Positions 45,591-57,867 are shown, numbered from the whole stretch's first letter. The stretch is DNA of 63,484 bases, filler included, from Saprolegnia diclina VS20 (GCF_000281045.1; 5 parts of 2 records of this genome joined end to end with filler, not necessarily neighbours in it), one strand, 5' to 3'. Program-made: numbers and translations. Notes: a model not told the origin generated them from the letters alone.

Positions 45591-46739
45591 TATAGATANN
45601 NNNNNNNNNNNNNNNNNNNNNNNNNNNNNNNNNNNNNNNNNNNNNNNNNNNNNNNNNNNNNNNNNNNNNNNNNNNNNNNNNNNNNNNNNNNNNNNNNNNN
45701 NNNNNNNNNNNNNNNNNNNNNNNNNNNNNNNNNNNNNNNNNNNNNNNNNNNNNNNNNNNNNNNNNNNNNNNNNNNNNNNNNNNNNNNNNNNNNNNNNNNN
45801 NNNNNNNNNNNNNNNNNNNNNNNNNNNNNNNNNNNNNNNNNNNNNNNNNNNNNNNNNNNNNNNNNNNNNNNNNNNNNNNNNNNNNNNNNNNNNNNNNNNN
45901 NNNNNNNNNNNNNNNNNNNNNNNNNNNNNNNNNNNNNNNNNNNNNNNNNNNNNNNNNNNNNNNNNNNNNNNNNNNNNNNNNNNNNNNNNNNNNNNNNNNN
46001 NNNNNNNNNNNNNNNNNNNNNNNNNNNNNNNNNNNNNNNNNNNNNNNNNNNNNNNNNNNNNNNNNNNNNNNNNNNNNNNNNNNNNNNNNNNNNNNNNNNN
46101 NNNNNNNNNNNNNNNNNNNNNNNNNNNNNNNNNNNNNNNNNNNNNNNNNNNNNNNNNNNNNNNNNNNNNNNNNNNNNNNNNNNNNNNNNNNNNNNNNNNN
46201 NNNNNNNNNNNNNNNNNNNNNNNNNNNNNNNNNNNNNNNNNNNNNNNNNNNNNNNNNNNNNNNNNNNNNNNNNNNNNNNNNNNNNNNNNNNNNNNNNNNN
46301 NNNNNNNNNNNNNNNNNNNNNNNNNNNNNNNNNNNNNNNNNNNNNNNNNNNNNNNNNNNNNNNNNNNNNNNNNNNNNNNNNNNNNNNNNNNNNNNNNNNN
46401 NNNNNNNNNNNNNNNNNNNNNNNNNNNNNNNNNNNNNNNNNNNNNNNNNNNNNNNNNNNTGAACGTTTGCTTGAGTGTGTCGTAGGATTCCGTGGGCGTC
46501 CGCCAGAGCTCCGACACCACAATGAGGTTGTACAGCATTGTCGACTCAAAACCGTCCGACTCGTCCTGCGTGTTGCCCCTAGACAGTAAAATATAAGATG
46601 CCCTGTCGCATAGCACAAATGGTACTTACATGTTTTGAACTTGAGTGGCAAAGTTGGCGATCGCAAGAATGTCGGCTTGATTGCAGCGGTTGAAACGGTA
46701 GACAAGCGCCTATGGTGGAGAATGAATATAACCGAATTG

Positions 46740-46783
<44 letters not shown>

Positions 46784-46784
46784 T

Positions 46785-46839
<55 letters not shown>

Positions 46840-46840
46840 T

Positions 46841-46890
<50 letters not shown>

Positions 46891-48236
46891 TATAGATAGA
46901 TACCGGAATGAGAGCACGGAGACTCTGGCTTTGCAGGAGGTCGGAGAAGAGCGACCGAAGCACGGCCGACGGTGTGCTGGATGACGACGAGAGTGCCATT
47001 GCACACTTGGAGCTCTTGGGGTTCCGGTCCATCGTCGAGTACATTGTCACCATGGTCGTGCGCAGGTCTACAACGATTTCGTTTAGTATTTGTACAGAGC
47101 CAATGATAGAAATGACAAAATTGTACCCAGCGTCGGAAACTTGCTGCTGCAATACGTATCCGTTTTGCACAAATCGACAAACGTTTGCGCTAAAACAGAC
47201 GAGTCAATCACCCATTCGTCAAATTCAGCGATAGAAATACCTGCTTCGTCGACTTCCTTGTCCCAGTCGTTAAAGACCGTGAGCTTGTTCTCCTTGCTGC
47301 CCGAGTTGGCGACGATCCCGTCGAGGATGTAGCCCTTGATGTTGGCATTTTCGAGCTGCATTAAGCGCTCGACAAGGTACGTGCCGTAGCTCACACCATA
47401 CACAAACGTGTTGGCGTTCTCGGTCGCTGAGATCAACGTCGATAAGTCCATAGCTGCCGATGTCGTCGAGAAGGACCGAAGCGCCTTGGCTAGAGGTATA
47501 CATCAATGCCATCACTGGTCGTCAGAAGTGTCGAGACGTACTGTCGTTGGCGCCAATCTGAATGTTGATGTCCTTGATGCACGTCGAGAGTACGCTGTTG
47601 AGCACTTGGCCTTTGGTGGGACTGCCCGACGTCTCAATCTGGGACGCTGAGCACGTGAGTTTGTAGCTGCGACCCGTGCCTCGGTGGTCCATCGTATAGA
47701 CGTCGACAGCGCCGTTGAGCATCGAGTAGAGCAGCGTCATGAGCGACTCCACTACAATCCCAGTTTAGTTAGTCACCACACAAAGATAGGACGACTAAAC
47801 AAAGAGACGTACTCGCAACAGAGGACGCGCCAGGGCCGCCTTGAAGAAACCAGAGCGCCTTGGTAGACGACGTTCGCTTCGTCGCGCGCATGCGCTTGAC
47901 AAAGACGGGAATCGAACCGGCGGTATTGCACGCACCTTCATAGCAGAGCGGGAGCGTAAACTCGGCACACTCGGTGGTCGCTGACGACGCACTGGTGCTT
48001 GCAAACGCAAGGCTCTGAATCGAAGTCGCATCGATGGGGCGGAGCACAGATCGGAGAACGTTGGTGTCGGCCGAGAAGGCCGACGTGCTAAAGGCTGGGA
48101 GGTCCGCGGTCACCGACGTGTCCGGGACGGGCGTTGCAAACGTCTTGGCGTTGCACGAGTACCAGCCGTTGATCTTGATGGGCTCGGCGGCGAGCGCAGT
48201 CGACGCAACGAAGGCAAGGAGCGTGATGCGGAGCAT
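44473..48236 (-). CDS. Secreted/membrane-anchored alpha/beta-hydrolase, peptidase family S33 (TAP-like); contains an assembly duplication and gap
   Basis: Signal peptide MLRITLLAFVASTALA; LWFLQGGPGASS; MDHRGTGRS; nucleophile YGVSYGT; LSGLLDPQT (Asp); YSAHG (His); C-terminal TM AAIVGFVLAALLAIGMVIVV. Confidence 0.9.
45267..46791. repeat. 332-bp direct duplication (45267-45598 = 46460-46791) flanking an N gap; probably unmerged contig ends or haplotypes
   Basis: Identical except one synonymous SNP seen (45355 G / 46548 A). Both copies show the same (GATA)11-TATA pattern. Confidence 0.85.
46740..46902 (+). repeat. (GATA)n microsatellite, ~40 units with TATA interruptions, inside intron 46710-46903
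   Basis: Seen directly. Splicing joins LIP|ALVYR in the S33 gene. Confidence 0.97.
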
Positions 48237-48241
48237 CGTGT

Positions 48242-48257
48242 CAATTGCAAAATGTGC
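48242..48257 (-). promoter_or_regulatory. Oomycete Inr+FPR core promoter (GCACATTTTGCAATTG)
   Basis: Near-consensus motif just upstream of the S33 ATG. Confidence 0.65.
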
Positions 48258-49641
48258 TCGATTGAAGTGCGAGACTTGAGGACAGTAGTAACGTCGTCAT
48301 GTGGTGACATTCATTTGCTACGTGGGTGACCTTTCTCAAATCAAAATGACGTTCTTGATTTCCTGGTTTTTGGCTTTCAGGATGCCACGCAGGTGCTGCG
48401 AACACGTTTCGATCGACTCGGAGAATTGTCTATCTAGAGTTAAAGTGATTACCGTCGTAGCGAGAGCATGGCGATCGTATAGGACGTTGTTGGTGGTGGT
48501 GCCGGAGTTATTCATGATGATTAGAGACACACCGGGCGGCGTATTTGGACCGGATATAACGGGGATGTAATGCTACTATCTCAACGTCCACGTCAAACGA
48601 CGCGGGTTTTTGCGTAAAATGGACAGGATGGAGCGTCCCCATGTCCAACTCTATGCAAGTGGTTTTGAGTGGGTCGTTGTTGTCTTATAACGCTTGTGTT
48701 CAACCTGTGGAGAGGCTGGGACGCGGGTGGAGCTCTTGGTACCATTTTTAAAGTGCGATTGTGATTTTCTTTTGTGCATCAGGTACAATATTGTACGTAC
48801 ATGGCCTTGATACTACCGTTACGAGGTCAAAAATGTCTGCTATACACAGTGATTCCAACGCTCAGATACACTGTGTTGCCCCGTCAGTCAGTAGCGTGTC
48901 CGTGGTCGGCGAAGTGGTTGTATTTCTTGGAGTAGCGCCGTTATGGCGGGTTTCTTTCGTATCGTGAAGTTACGTGGACGATTAGGGTGTGCATAAAATG
49001 ACCAATCGAATTTCGGAAACTTTGGGGAACTGTCTCGCGATAGTCATCAATGCCTTGCGACCTATATGCAACTTGAAGCTTGAGGTGCGTTACGCTGAGC
49101 TGGCCGCCAAAGTCTAACGTTTTTCATGGCAGGTTGACACCACGGCAGTGCAATGACACATGTTATGAGCGAGCAATTGTAGTACATCGTATCCATTCTC
49201 ATCGATATATATACAACTCTCGAAAAGGTGCTGTGTCGTTGTGTTCTTGCTTGGCTCTCTGCTCGTGTACTAGTACCAGGTGCTTCAAGAATGCAATAGC
49301 GGGCCGGATACTCCGTTTAGAAGCTACTCCCAATGGAAGCCTCGCTACTGTAGCTATGCGCAGGGTATGCGCGTCGAGGTCTGCCTTGACGCAGCTTCAA
49401 AACTTTACCGCGTTGCTCCATCATTGGCGGGGTCAGTGTGACTCTTCAAGATCGCGTATCTTGAAAAATGCTGAATCTTTATCCGGATCCGGATCGAGTC
49501 TGCCAAAGGAAACTCTGGCAAAATTCATCGTCGACATATATTTGGTCTCACAGAATATCATTGTGTACAACAGTTACAAAAAGTGTAGTACATATTGTCG
49601 ACACTACCAAAGCAGAGACGATGCTCTCAACACTCGAGCGT

Positions 49642-50286
49642 CTAGAAGCTCGGGATCGTAATGACCTTGCCGTTCTTGCGGCTGCACGTGTCCTGGTTGA
49701 GAATCGCGCTCGGGCATGCGATTTGGCTGCCGACGCCGCCCGTCTTGGTGTTGACGCTCCAGCACGTGCGCACTTCGGAGAGCACGCTGTTCTTGCAGAC
49801 GAGCGACACCATGTTCTGGCCGTACGCCGTGCGGATCGCGCTCGCGGCCACGGATTTGCCGGCGTTGCCCGAAATCATGGTCGACGTCCCAATTTTCTTT
49901 TCCGTGGCGATCACCGCTTGGACATAGTCGAGCTGGCCGAGGCCGCTGCACGTTCCGTGCTTGGCCCACTCGTTCGAGATAAAGTCCGTGCCGTAGTTGG
50001 TCTTGACGTCGGGCCAGTACTGGTTGATGGCGTCCATACCAATCGCATCAATCGTGTCTTGCGAGAGCGCGCTGGATGGGTCGCAGTTGGACGGGTACGA
50101 GCCATCAGTGTTTTCGGGCCAGAGACCGTGGATCGTCAAGTGGTTGGTCATAAAGTCCGTCGGCTGGTCGCAGCCGGGGAAGTTGCCGGTCGAGCAGAAA
50201 GCTGGCTGCCACGTTTGCGCGAGGAGGTAGAAATCAAACGCGGCAGCGGCGTGGATCGAAGCAGCGAGGATGAGCGTCGCCTTCAT
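49642..50286 (-). CDS. Secreted ribonuclease T2, intronless
   Basis: Signal peptide; FDFYLLAQTWQPAFC; CAS I LTIHGLWP; CAS II FISNEWAKHGTCSG; LSEVRTC. Confidence 0.95.
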   Translation of the reverse strand: MKATLILAASIHAAAAFDFYLLAQTWQPAFCSTGNFPGCDQPTDFMTNHLTIHGLWPENTDGSYPSNCDPSSALSQDTIDAIGMDAINQYWPDVKTNYGTDFISNEWAKHGTCSGLGQLDYVQAVIATEKKIGTSTMISGNAGKSVAASAIRTAYGQNMVSLVCKNSVLSEVRTCWSVNTKTGGVGSQIACPSAILNQDTCSRKNGKVITIPSF

Positions 50287-50317
50287 GGTGGATCGAGTGT
50301 GGTGGTGGTCGCCTGGA

Positions 50318-50333
50318 CAAATGAAATATGAGC
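50318..50333 (-). promoter_or_regulatory. Oomycete Inr+FPR-like core promoter (GCTCATATTTCATTTG)
   Basis: Near-consensus motif ~30 nt upstream of the RNase T2 ATG. Confidence 0.6.
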
Positions 50334-50816
50334 CTTTGATCCTCGCCAAAAACAATACGAAAAACCAAGAAAACAAAAATCGAGCGACCGTCTGAGTCGA
50401 TCGCCGATGCCGAACCAGCCAAAACGTTTTTCGTAGGCGAAGCACGGGTTATAAGCCAGTACGCAAGCTCTGATTGGCTTGCACGTTCGGGGAAGGGGTT
50501 GGGGGAAAGGCCGTTGAAGTATCCCAACCTTATGGAAGTCGCCAACTGTTCTGCCTACAATTAACACAAGCCCGGAATCAGACAAGTCGACTGCAACATC
50601 TGATATTGTCGGTCCGATAGCGCGGAGTCGAGGCGGCCCTGCTTTGCAGCAACGCAGCGAGCTCGTTGATGCCTGTGCCCCCACAAGGGTGGGACGCGTC
50701 TTGGCTTCCAAGCATGTCCCGGACGCCCCACAGGTACCAGTACCAGTACAAGAGTACTTCGCCTCCTTACATTCCACCCGTGATGGCGCGGTGCTGGGAT
50801 TCCTTTGGTCGTGGGT

Positions 50817-50899
50817 TGCTGTTTGCGGGTGTCGAACCCACCCCGGTGGCTCGCTTGAGGCCTTGAATCTCTCAGATTCTCAGTCAACGACAAAACATC
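50817..50899 (-). pseudogene. Possible degenerate tRNA-Leu(CAA)-like relic or tRNA-derived SINE head
   Basis: 83 nt. Acceptor GATGTTT/AAACAGC+A pairs at 6/7. T-arm GTGGG-TTCGACA-CCCGC. TTCAAG sits at the anticodon position, with a long variable region. The D-arm and anticodon stem are poor. Confidence 0.3.
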
Positions 50900-51755
50900 C
50901 TGTGCCAACCAGACTGGTGTGCGACTAGCAATTGCATTGGGTGGCAGTCGCTCGCTCCAAGGTACGCGTTCAGTATACATCTTGTCCTTTCTATGGCAAG
51001 GTCACTTTTGATGTGGATGCACCACCCAAGGGGCGGCTGCGTGTCCTACATTTGTGGGAGGCTTTGCGGGTTTGTCGTCATCTCGGGTTCTTCGAGGAAC
51101 ACAGCGGGGAATCTTGGCCGTGGAATCCGATGGAAAAGGCTATATGCAAAACTGTCTGCAAGGGAGGGTTGGAGCCTAAACAGGGGCTCTCCGAGTGTGG
51201 TGAGTGATGGCATGGAGGATATCGCATGCGAGGTGGCGCAACGAGCCAACTGCTCGTGCAGGCCAGCGCGATCATCGTCAACAAATGAAATCAGATCGTG
51301 TCGCATGCGTACTGCGTACACCGCCTGTTGCGCGTCCGAGATTCGGGGTCGAATCGCGATTCTTGACGGGTTCACTGCATGGCATTTCGGTTTCTCAATG
51401 TTATGACGCAATTCAACTGTGCGTGACAGAATCAGATTCGGGTGTCACAGTCGACGCCCCACAGCCGTGTCGCATCATGGTATCAGTGGCAAGACTTCAA
51501 CGAACGACCAGTTGCGCTCTTCTTCCTTCGGTCACCGCGGGCGTGTTGGGACGGACGTCGCTTACGGCCGACGATATAGGCGTACGAAGTGGGCTGCAGT
51601 GCTGCTTGGGAGCTACCACACTCTCCGTACTGCAACACCGTAGTCCGCTCGACATGCCATTGAAAGAGCCAAGTTTGCACGAAGCACACGTAAACACGAT
51701 ACGCATGTACTTGTTATGCATGCCGCCATGTCCTGGTCGGCGCTCCATCGTCGAC

Positions 51756-54700
51756 TTAGATGAAGAGATTCTTGGGCAAAATCATCGGGCGCAAATCGCA
51801 CTCGCAGAGGAAGAGGAGTGGGAACTCGACGATCTGGCCCTTCACCTTCTTGAGCTCGTGCACCTCGGGGGGCACATGCTGCATCATCTCGCGGAGCTGC
51901 GGGTTGTGCCCGAGCAGGTCGTCTTCCGAGAAGGACATGACGCGCGCCGACGGCTGGCGAAAGATCGAGCGCAAGTCGCGGTCCGTCGTACTCGACTCTT
52001 GGCGGCCGAGGTGGAATTGCTTGCGCTCTTGGGCGGCCACGAGCACCCAGCGGCGGCGGCGCACGTAGCGGTACCAAAGCGACTCGGCCCGGGCCTTCCC
52101 CGGGTTGGTCAGAAACTTCTTGAATGTGAACGCATACTGCCAGCCGTTGCGGTCGCCAGCACCGAGCGTCTTGTCGACTTGCCACGACGACGGGTCGGGC
52201 TGAAAGTCCTCAAAGGGCGCACCGACCTCGTCCGACCACGACGCTACTTCGCCGCCGTGGAGGCCCGCGGGCTGCCACCCTTCCTTCCAGCCATACCTAT
52301 GACCCTGCATGAGCGCCAGATGACGAAGCAGAGTATACCGTTGGTTTTCGTAGATGACAGTCACGTCTTCGTACAAGTGGTTTTCCGGTACGTTCATCTC
52401 GAAATACGAGCGGAACGAGTCGGTCGGGAAGCAGCGGAAGACGCGCTCGTAGATCTGCGTGTTGCCGTGCGCGACCGCCGTCAACGTCGCCCATGCCTCG
52501 TCGCTCACGGGGTCTGGCAGCTCGGTGCCGACGTGCTCTTCGTACAAGCGACGACGGAGCGAGTGGGCAAACTTGCCGACACAAAAGCACTTGCCATCAA
52601 AGACGCCCGTCTCGAGTTCGCTGTCGTGGAGCACGACCGCAATCTCCGAGTCGCGGTCGCCGCACATGCTGCGGTCGTTCAAGTTGGCCGAGCCTAATCA
52701 CGATCACGTCATGTGACGTAGGCTTGTCAGCGTGACATACCCATGATCGTGACCTTGTCGTCGGCAATCATGAGCTTGCTGTGGATGTAGATCTGCTCCG
52801 TGACCGCATTCCCCGCGAGTACTTCGTGCTGCCGCAAACCAAAGAACGCAATGTACTTGTGCGGGTCGGGCATTTTCGCGCGCAAACGCTCGATGAGCGA
52901 GTTGCCGCCACGACAGATCGTCGTGTACTAGGCAGTACACATGTATGAAACATGGTCCAAGCACAAGAACCTTGAGGTACCTGCCAGTGCATGACGGCGC
53001 GGAGGCTGGACGAGTCTTTGGATGTCACGGCGCCTTCAAACGCCGGCATGAGCGGCAGCACGACGACGACGCGGAAGGTCTCCTTTTGCTCAAACGCGCG
53101 CAGAATGCGCTTGTAGAGCGCCTCGAGGATGCGGTTCGAGACGCTCATGTCGTTCTCAAAGCCCGAGACAAAGAATTGGTTCTACCACCAGGCAGTGTCA
53201 GCATGACAAACCAATCGAAGTGGACAGACCTCGATGTACAAAAAGTGCTGCGCCGCCGTAATCATCGCAATGTACGCGTTCTGGATACTGTGCTCGGTCT
53301 TGACACCGCCCGACCACGGACTCATGCTGCGCACGATCTGGCAGTGGCACGCGGCCGCATACGGCTCGGCCATCGGCATCCAGCGCGCGATCGTCCCGGT
53401 CTCGCAGTCTTCGAGGCTCGCCGAGCGCTGAAGGCCCTTGCTCGGCACGTGGACCTTGGGGAGGAGCGCCGGGCGGCGGTACTTGGGGCGGCGGCGGTTG
53501 AACATCGCAATGTACTTTTTCTGCAGAGTAAAGTTCCAGCGATGAATGAAATGACGCGCCACGTCCATGGCCGCTAGACCTTCGAGGCTACATAGATATC
53601 AGACAAGTTGTCGTTTTGATTCGGTTTGGACCGGCAGTGCACGTCGTGCCACGGCATGCGCGGCTGCGTTTGGCGGTCAACGAGGTCCGTATCGCCGTTG
53701 ATGACGTCGGTAAAGTCCTTGAGACGCGGGTTCGAGTAGTCTTTCCCGACAAAAAGCGGGTTGCGCGTCGTGTCGGCGAGCGGGTGCGACGGGTTGTCAT
53801 ACCTAAGTAGGACAAGTTGACCACTCGAATACCAGGTCGGGCACTCGTACCGGCCGAGGCAAATGTCGAGACCGCCCACAAACGCGACTTGCTGGTCGAT
53901 CACAACAATCTTCTCGTGGTGCGACCAGTACTGCGGCAGCAACACAAAGTCCGGGTGCCGGAGCACGTGGATACGCGGGTGGAGCTGGTGCAAATGGTCT
54001 TTCGTGAAGAGCGAGTCGTTCGGAAGAAACATCCGGTGCTCCTTGTACACAAGAATGTACACTTGCACGCCGCGCACCGCAATGTCCAGCAAGACGCTAC
54101 CGATACTATCAGACAACATGTCCAAACCTCGCAACACGATACTTGTCGAGCTTGGTGAGCTCGTCGCCGCGCAGCATTGGGTAGTTGGGCGTGATCCACC
54201 AGCCCGAGATAAACACCTGCTTCTCTGCCAGACGGAGGTGCGTCACCATGTTGGCAAACGTCTCGGCGCCATCGACGAGGTGCCGCGCCATGCTCATCAT
54301 GTCCGAACCTAAAAATAGAAATGCCGATCACGTCATCGCACGTTTCTGTCACGATGACATACCCACGGCCGGGCGCTCGGGCGCAAACGACGTGTAGCGG
54401 TGCGTGTCGTTGTCGGTAAACTCGCACGCGTTCATCGTGTCGACGAGGATCGTCTCAAGATGATGCCAATTCGGGTGACTCTTCATGTCGATCTCGAGGA
54501 GCGCGCCGGGCGTCACGACATGGAGGCCGTCGACCATCCAGTGCAAACCGTGCTTGAGGAGCGAGCTCTTGGTGACCGCGACGTGCGGCTGGAAGAGAAT
54601 GACTTCGCGCGGCTCCGTGTCGTTTAAATCGTCAAAGAACGCAACGCACGTGGGCTTGACGACCATCCAGCGCTTGTGGCGGAGGAGGTACTGGTAGCAA

Positions 54701-55585
54701 ATTGCGATAAAGTAGATGCCGGGCAGCACCGAGAAGAGGGACGCGATGACGACGTACTCGTCATCGAGCATGACGACCGACCCGGCGTGCGTAAAGTGCA
54801 CGCAGAGCTTGAACGAGAGAATCGGGATCGCGACGCAAAAGAAGAGCACGAGGAGGATCTCAGCGACGCGAATCAAGTTGTCCTTGGTGAAGTGGAACCC
54901 CACAAAACTCGACCGGCCGTGGAGCGTGCCCTTGCGCGACGGTACGTAGCGCATCTTGACCCAGCCTTCAATGATGCTGTGGCCGTACCTATATGCGATA
55001 CCAACTTGAGACCCATAGAGAAAACGACGTGGCGTACTCGGCGCTGAAGCGCAGCGCGCCGAGCTCGAGAAACTCGAGCATCTTGTCGTGGTTGCGCACG
55101 CTGTCGTGGGCGAGGAGCGACGTCAGGTACCGCTCGAGGATCGGGATCGACGACGCGCCCATGGTCACGCTGCGGTAGCCCAGCAAGCGCGACGGAAAGG
55201 TAAAGATTTGCGAGAACCGGAGCACGCGCTGGAGCGTCAGATGCAATCGCAGCATGCGATGCGTGGTCGTGCGGATGCGCCACACGAGGCCGTCGACGCG
55301 CAGCTAGATCACACGCGCTTGAGTCGACAGGTACCGAAGAGCGCCTACCTCGATCGTGTAGAGGTTGAATTCGTAGAACCACTGCTTGACGCGGTCGACT
55401 TGGACGACGTGGACGGTCGGCGCCTTCTCGAGGCGCGTCGCCGCCGTCTTGGCGTTGGCGACCAGCGTAAGCGGGTCGGGCGTGGCATCGTACGTCGTCG
55501 CGCCGGTCATTGGGTCCAGTGGCAGAGTCTCCATCCTGGCTTCTCCGTCCGGGACGGAATTCGCAGTCAAGAGTGGCGAGTGCAT
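51756..55585 (-). CDS. Phospholipase D, oomycete PX-TM type (PX, TM hairpin within PH, two HKD motifs, C-terminal DysF-like domain)
   Basis: HKD1 WSHHEKIVVIDQQVAFVGGLDICLGR; PRMPWHDVH; FLYIENQFF; HKD2 EQIYIHSKLMIADD..SANLNDRSM.GDRDSEI; PX-like LERYLTSLL....LEFLE; DysF-like GWQYAFTF...VRRRRWV. Confidence 0.92.
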
Positions 55586-56133
55586 GGCGTCCGGCGACTG
55601 CGACCAACCTGCCGCCTTTCGACGACGCACTTAAGCGAGACGTTTCGTATTTTTACTTGGCAAAGCGCACTTTACCGGAACCTGAGTGGCGACAGACGGA
55701 CTTAGAGGTGCAACACGAAGATGATAGGCGGGATGTACTTGTTAAGCGAATTTCGCGGGAAACTGGCGCTGGCGGTTGTTGCCAGGGTTGCGGCGGAGAA
55801 TGCCACCATTGCGTGTATAAACCTTTTTCTATAATTGACTTGCTTCTTCGGTATGGTATAACAGCATGGGAGTCGGCTCGGCGAAGGCTCGTACGACGTC
55901 GTCGCAGGGGCAAGGCTCGATCGCATGCAGTCAGTCGAACTCTACTACAGACTTCACTTCTACTACGGTATGGTGCATACTCAGTACCAGTGTGAGTGGA
56001 CCAGGACATATCGGGGACTGTGTTTGGACGGCCATGTCGACAATGCAGCGCAAATATATATGAGGTCTTGGTGTTGACGTTGCCTAGAATGTGCATGCAC
56101 ACAGCATGTGAAGTTGTTGGTGTTGTGCAGTTA

Positions 56134-56523
56134 GATGTCGGCAATGGTACGCGAACCGGTTCATCGTTCACTCCTCTCAAAGGCTGAGCACGGAAGCAAT
56201 CAAGAAGCTACAGTCGTTGGTGCGGCGGCGACTGGGCATGGTCCAAGCGCAGGGTTATTTTCGTACCTGGGGACTTCTGCAGACAAAGCACTTGCCAACA
56301 AACGTCCCGATAGAGTTCTCGCAGGCAACACACAACAGCGAAATGTACGTCGCTCACGACGATCTTGGCGCTCATATGTGCAGCGTTGTCGAGCTGCGTA
56401 GCAAGAAAAACCCGCCCAACCACGTACAGTCAGTGTACCAACTCCAATGGCCAAACACTTGGCCACAACGCCTGCGACAGCCGCGCAGTTGCCCCTTTCA
56501 GCAAACGTCAAACAACTTGATGT
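56134..56523 (+). repeat. ~390-bp direct repeat, copy 1
   Basis: Colinear with 57868-58270, with scattered substitutions and several short indels. Confidence 0.92.
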
Positions 56524-57070
56524 CCCTTCTTTCCTTCTGAGCAACGCACAAACCGTGTCGATGGCGGCCCGTAGCAATCAGAAAACGACCCGACCAGTTG
56601 CTGGTTGCAACGAAAGACTACCGCGTTCCCAAGAGCACACGGTGCTGATGGAGACATTCTGCGCTCTTGTGAGCGTCAGAGATCTAAGGCACGGGCGCTT
56701 CAAAGCTGCTGCGAGGCTCTGAGCAATACTGTCGCTTGCTGAACTTGCCGCCTATGTCCCTGAAAAGATCACCATATGCTTGTGTTTAAAACAAATCACG
56801 TGTCCGAGCATACAATTCCAATGATATCGAACACATGTATGATACAGCTGGCATCCAATTGGTCCACCAAAAGCGTTTGGCAGTCTGATTGGTTCTTTTC
56901 AGCGAATCACATCCTCGCTTTGGATCCAAGCCCGATCGGGAGGCGAACACCAGACGTGATGGGCTCCAACGATGGAAGACCACAAGACTTTAGAAGCAAC
57001 ATATATTCACATTCCACTTGGCACAGTACATGGCAGGTGGCATCAGCACACACGGCGCATCATAAGCGCT

Positions 57071-57673
57071 CTACTGCAACGGCGCAATCTCAAACGAATC
57101 CAGCGGCGTCGTCGTGTCGTCGTCGCTGAACCAGAGCACTTGCATCTTCTCACGCGTCGCAATCAGGCGTGACGCACCGTAGACGTCACCTTCGGCAAAC
57201 GCCGACCAATCGGGAATCGAATCGATGCGGCTGCCGGCATGGCCGCGCCCACCCGCACCCGTCGTCACGTACACGACGCCGTTCCGGTCGACCTTGTTCT
57301 TCAAAACGGGCTTGGAGCGCTCGTAGCCGTGGGCATGGCCCGCAAAGACCACGTTGACCTTGTACTGAGCGTACACATCTTCCAACTTGGCCTGGAGGCC
57401 GCAGTGGGGCTCCGACTTGGCGCGCGTGTAGTCGCCGCCCCAGCACGACTCGACGTCTTCAGTCTCAAACCGTGTCGAGCCACAAATGCACTGGTGGTCC
57501 TCGTACGTGTTGTAGAACGGATTGTGCTTGACGACAATCACATACGGCGTCTTCTTTCGGTCGACTTGACCCAAGTCGCTTTGGAACCACTCGAGCTGGA
57601 GGTCGCGTTCGCGACGCCAGTTGGTGCCGCCCGTCTTGTGCGTCGACCCGACATAGTCGTCGAGAAACACCAC
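57071..57673 (-). CDS. Purple acid phosphatase / calcineurin-like metallophosphoesterase, C-terminal part (5' part in or lost at gap)
   Basis: QLEWFQSDLGQVDRKKTPYVIVVKHNPFY, VNVVFAGHAHGYERS and VYVTTGAGG. Confidence 0.85.
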   Translation of the reverse strand: MVFLDDYVGSTHKTGGTNWRRERDLQLEWFQSDLGQVDRKKTPYVIVVKHNPFYNTYEDHQCICGSTRFETEDVESCWGGDYTRAKSEPHCGLQAKLEDVYAQYKVNVVFAGHAHGYERSKPVLKNKVDRNGVVYVTTGAGGRGHAGSRIDSIPDWSAFAEGDVYGASRLIATREKMQVLWFSDDDTTTPLDSFEIAPLQ

Positions 57674-57867
57674 NNNNNNNNNNNNNNNNNNNNNNNNNNN
57701 NNNNNNNNNNNNNNNNNNNNNNNNNNNNNNNNNNNNNNNNNNNNNNNNNNNNNNNNNNNNNNNNNNNNNNNNNGACGCCGAATAAACACATTGCGACCAC
57801 ACGTTGAGCTTGACAACGGGCAGGAAGATTCCGGCGTCGTGCCACCACACATGTACGACATGGACTG

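Noticed and set aside
45267..46791. Apparent exon duplication in the S33 peptidase gene
   Set aside because: Near-identical copies abut a gap at a microsatellite, which is best explained as unmerged overlapping contigs or alleles.
45386..47180. Long ORFs with (YLSI)n repeats or poly-X
   Set aside because: These are translations of the GATA microsatellite and N gaps.
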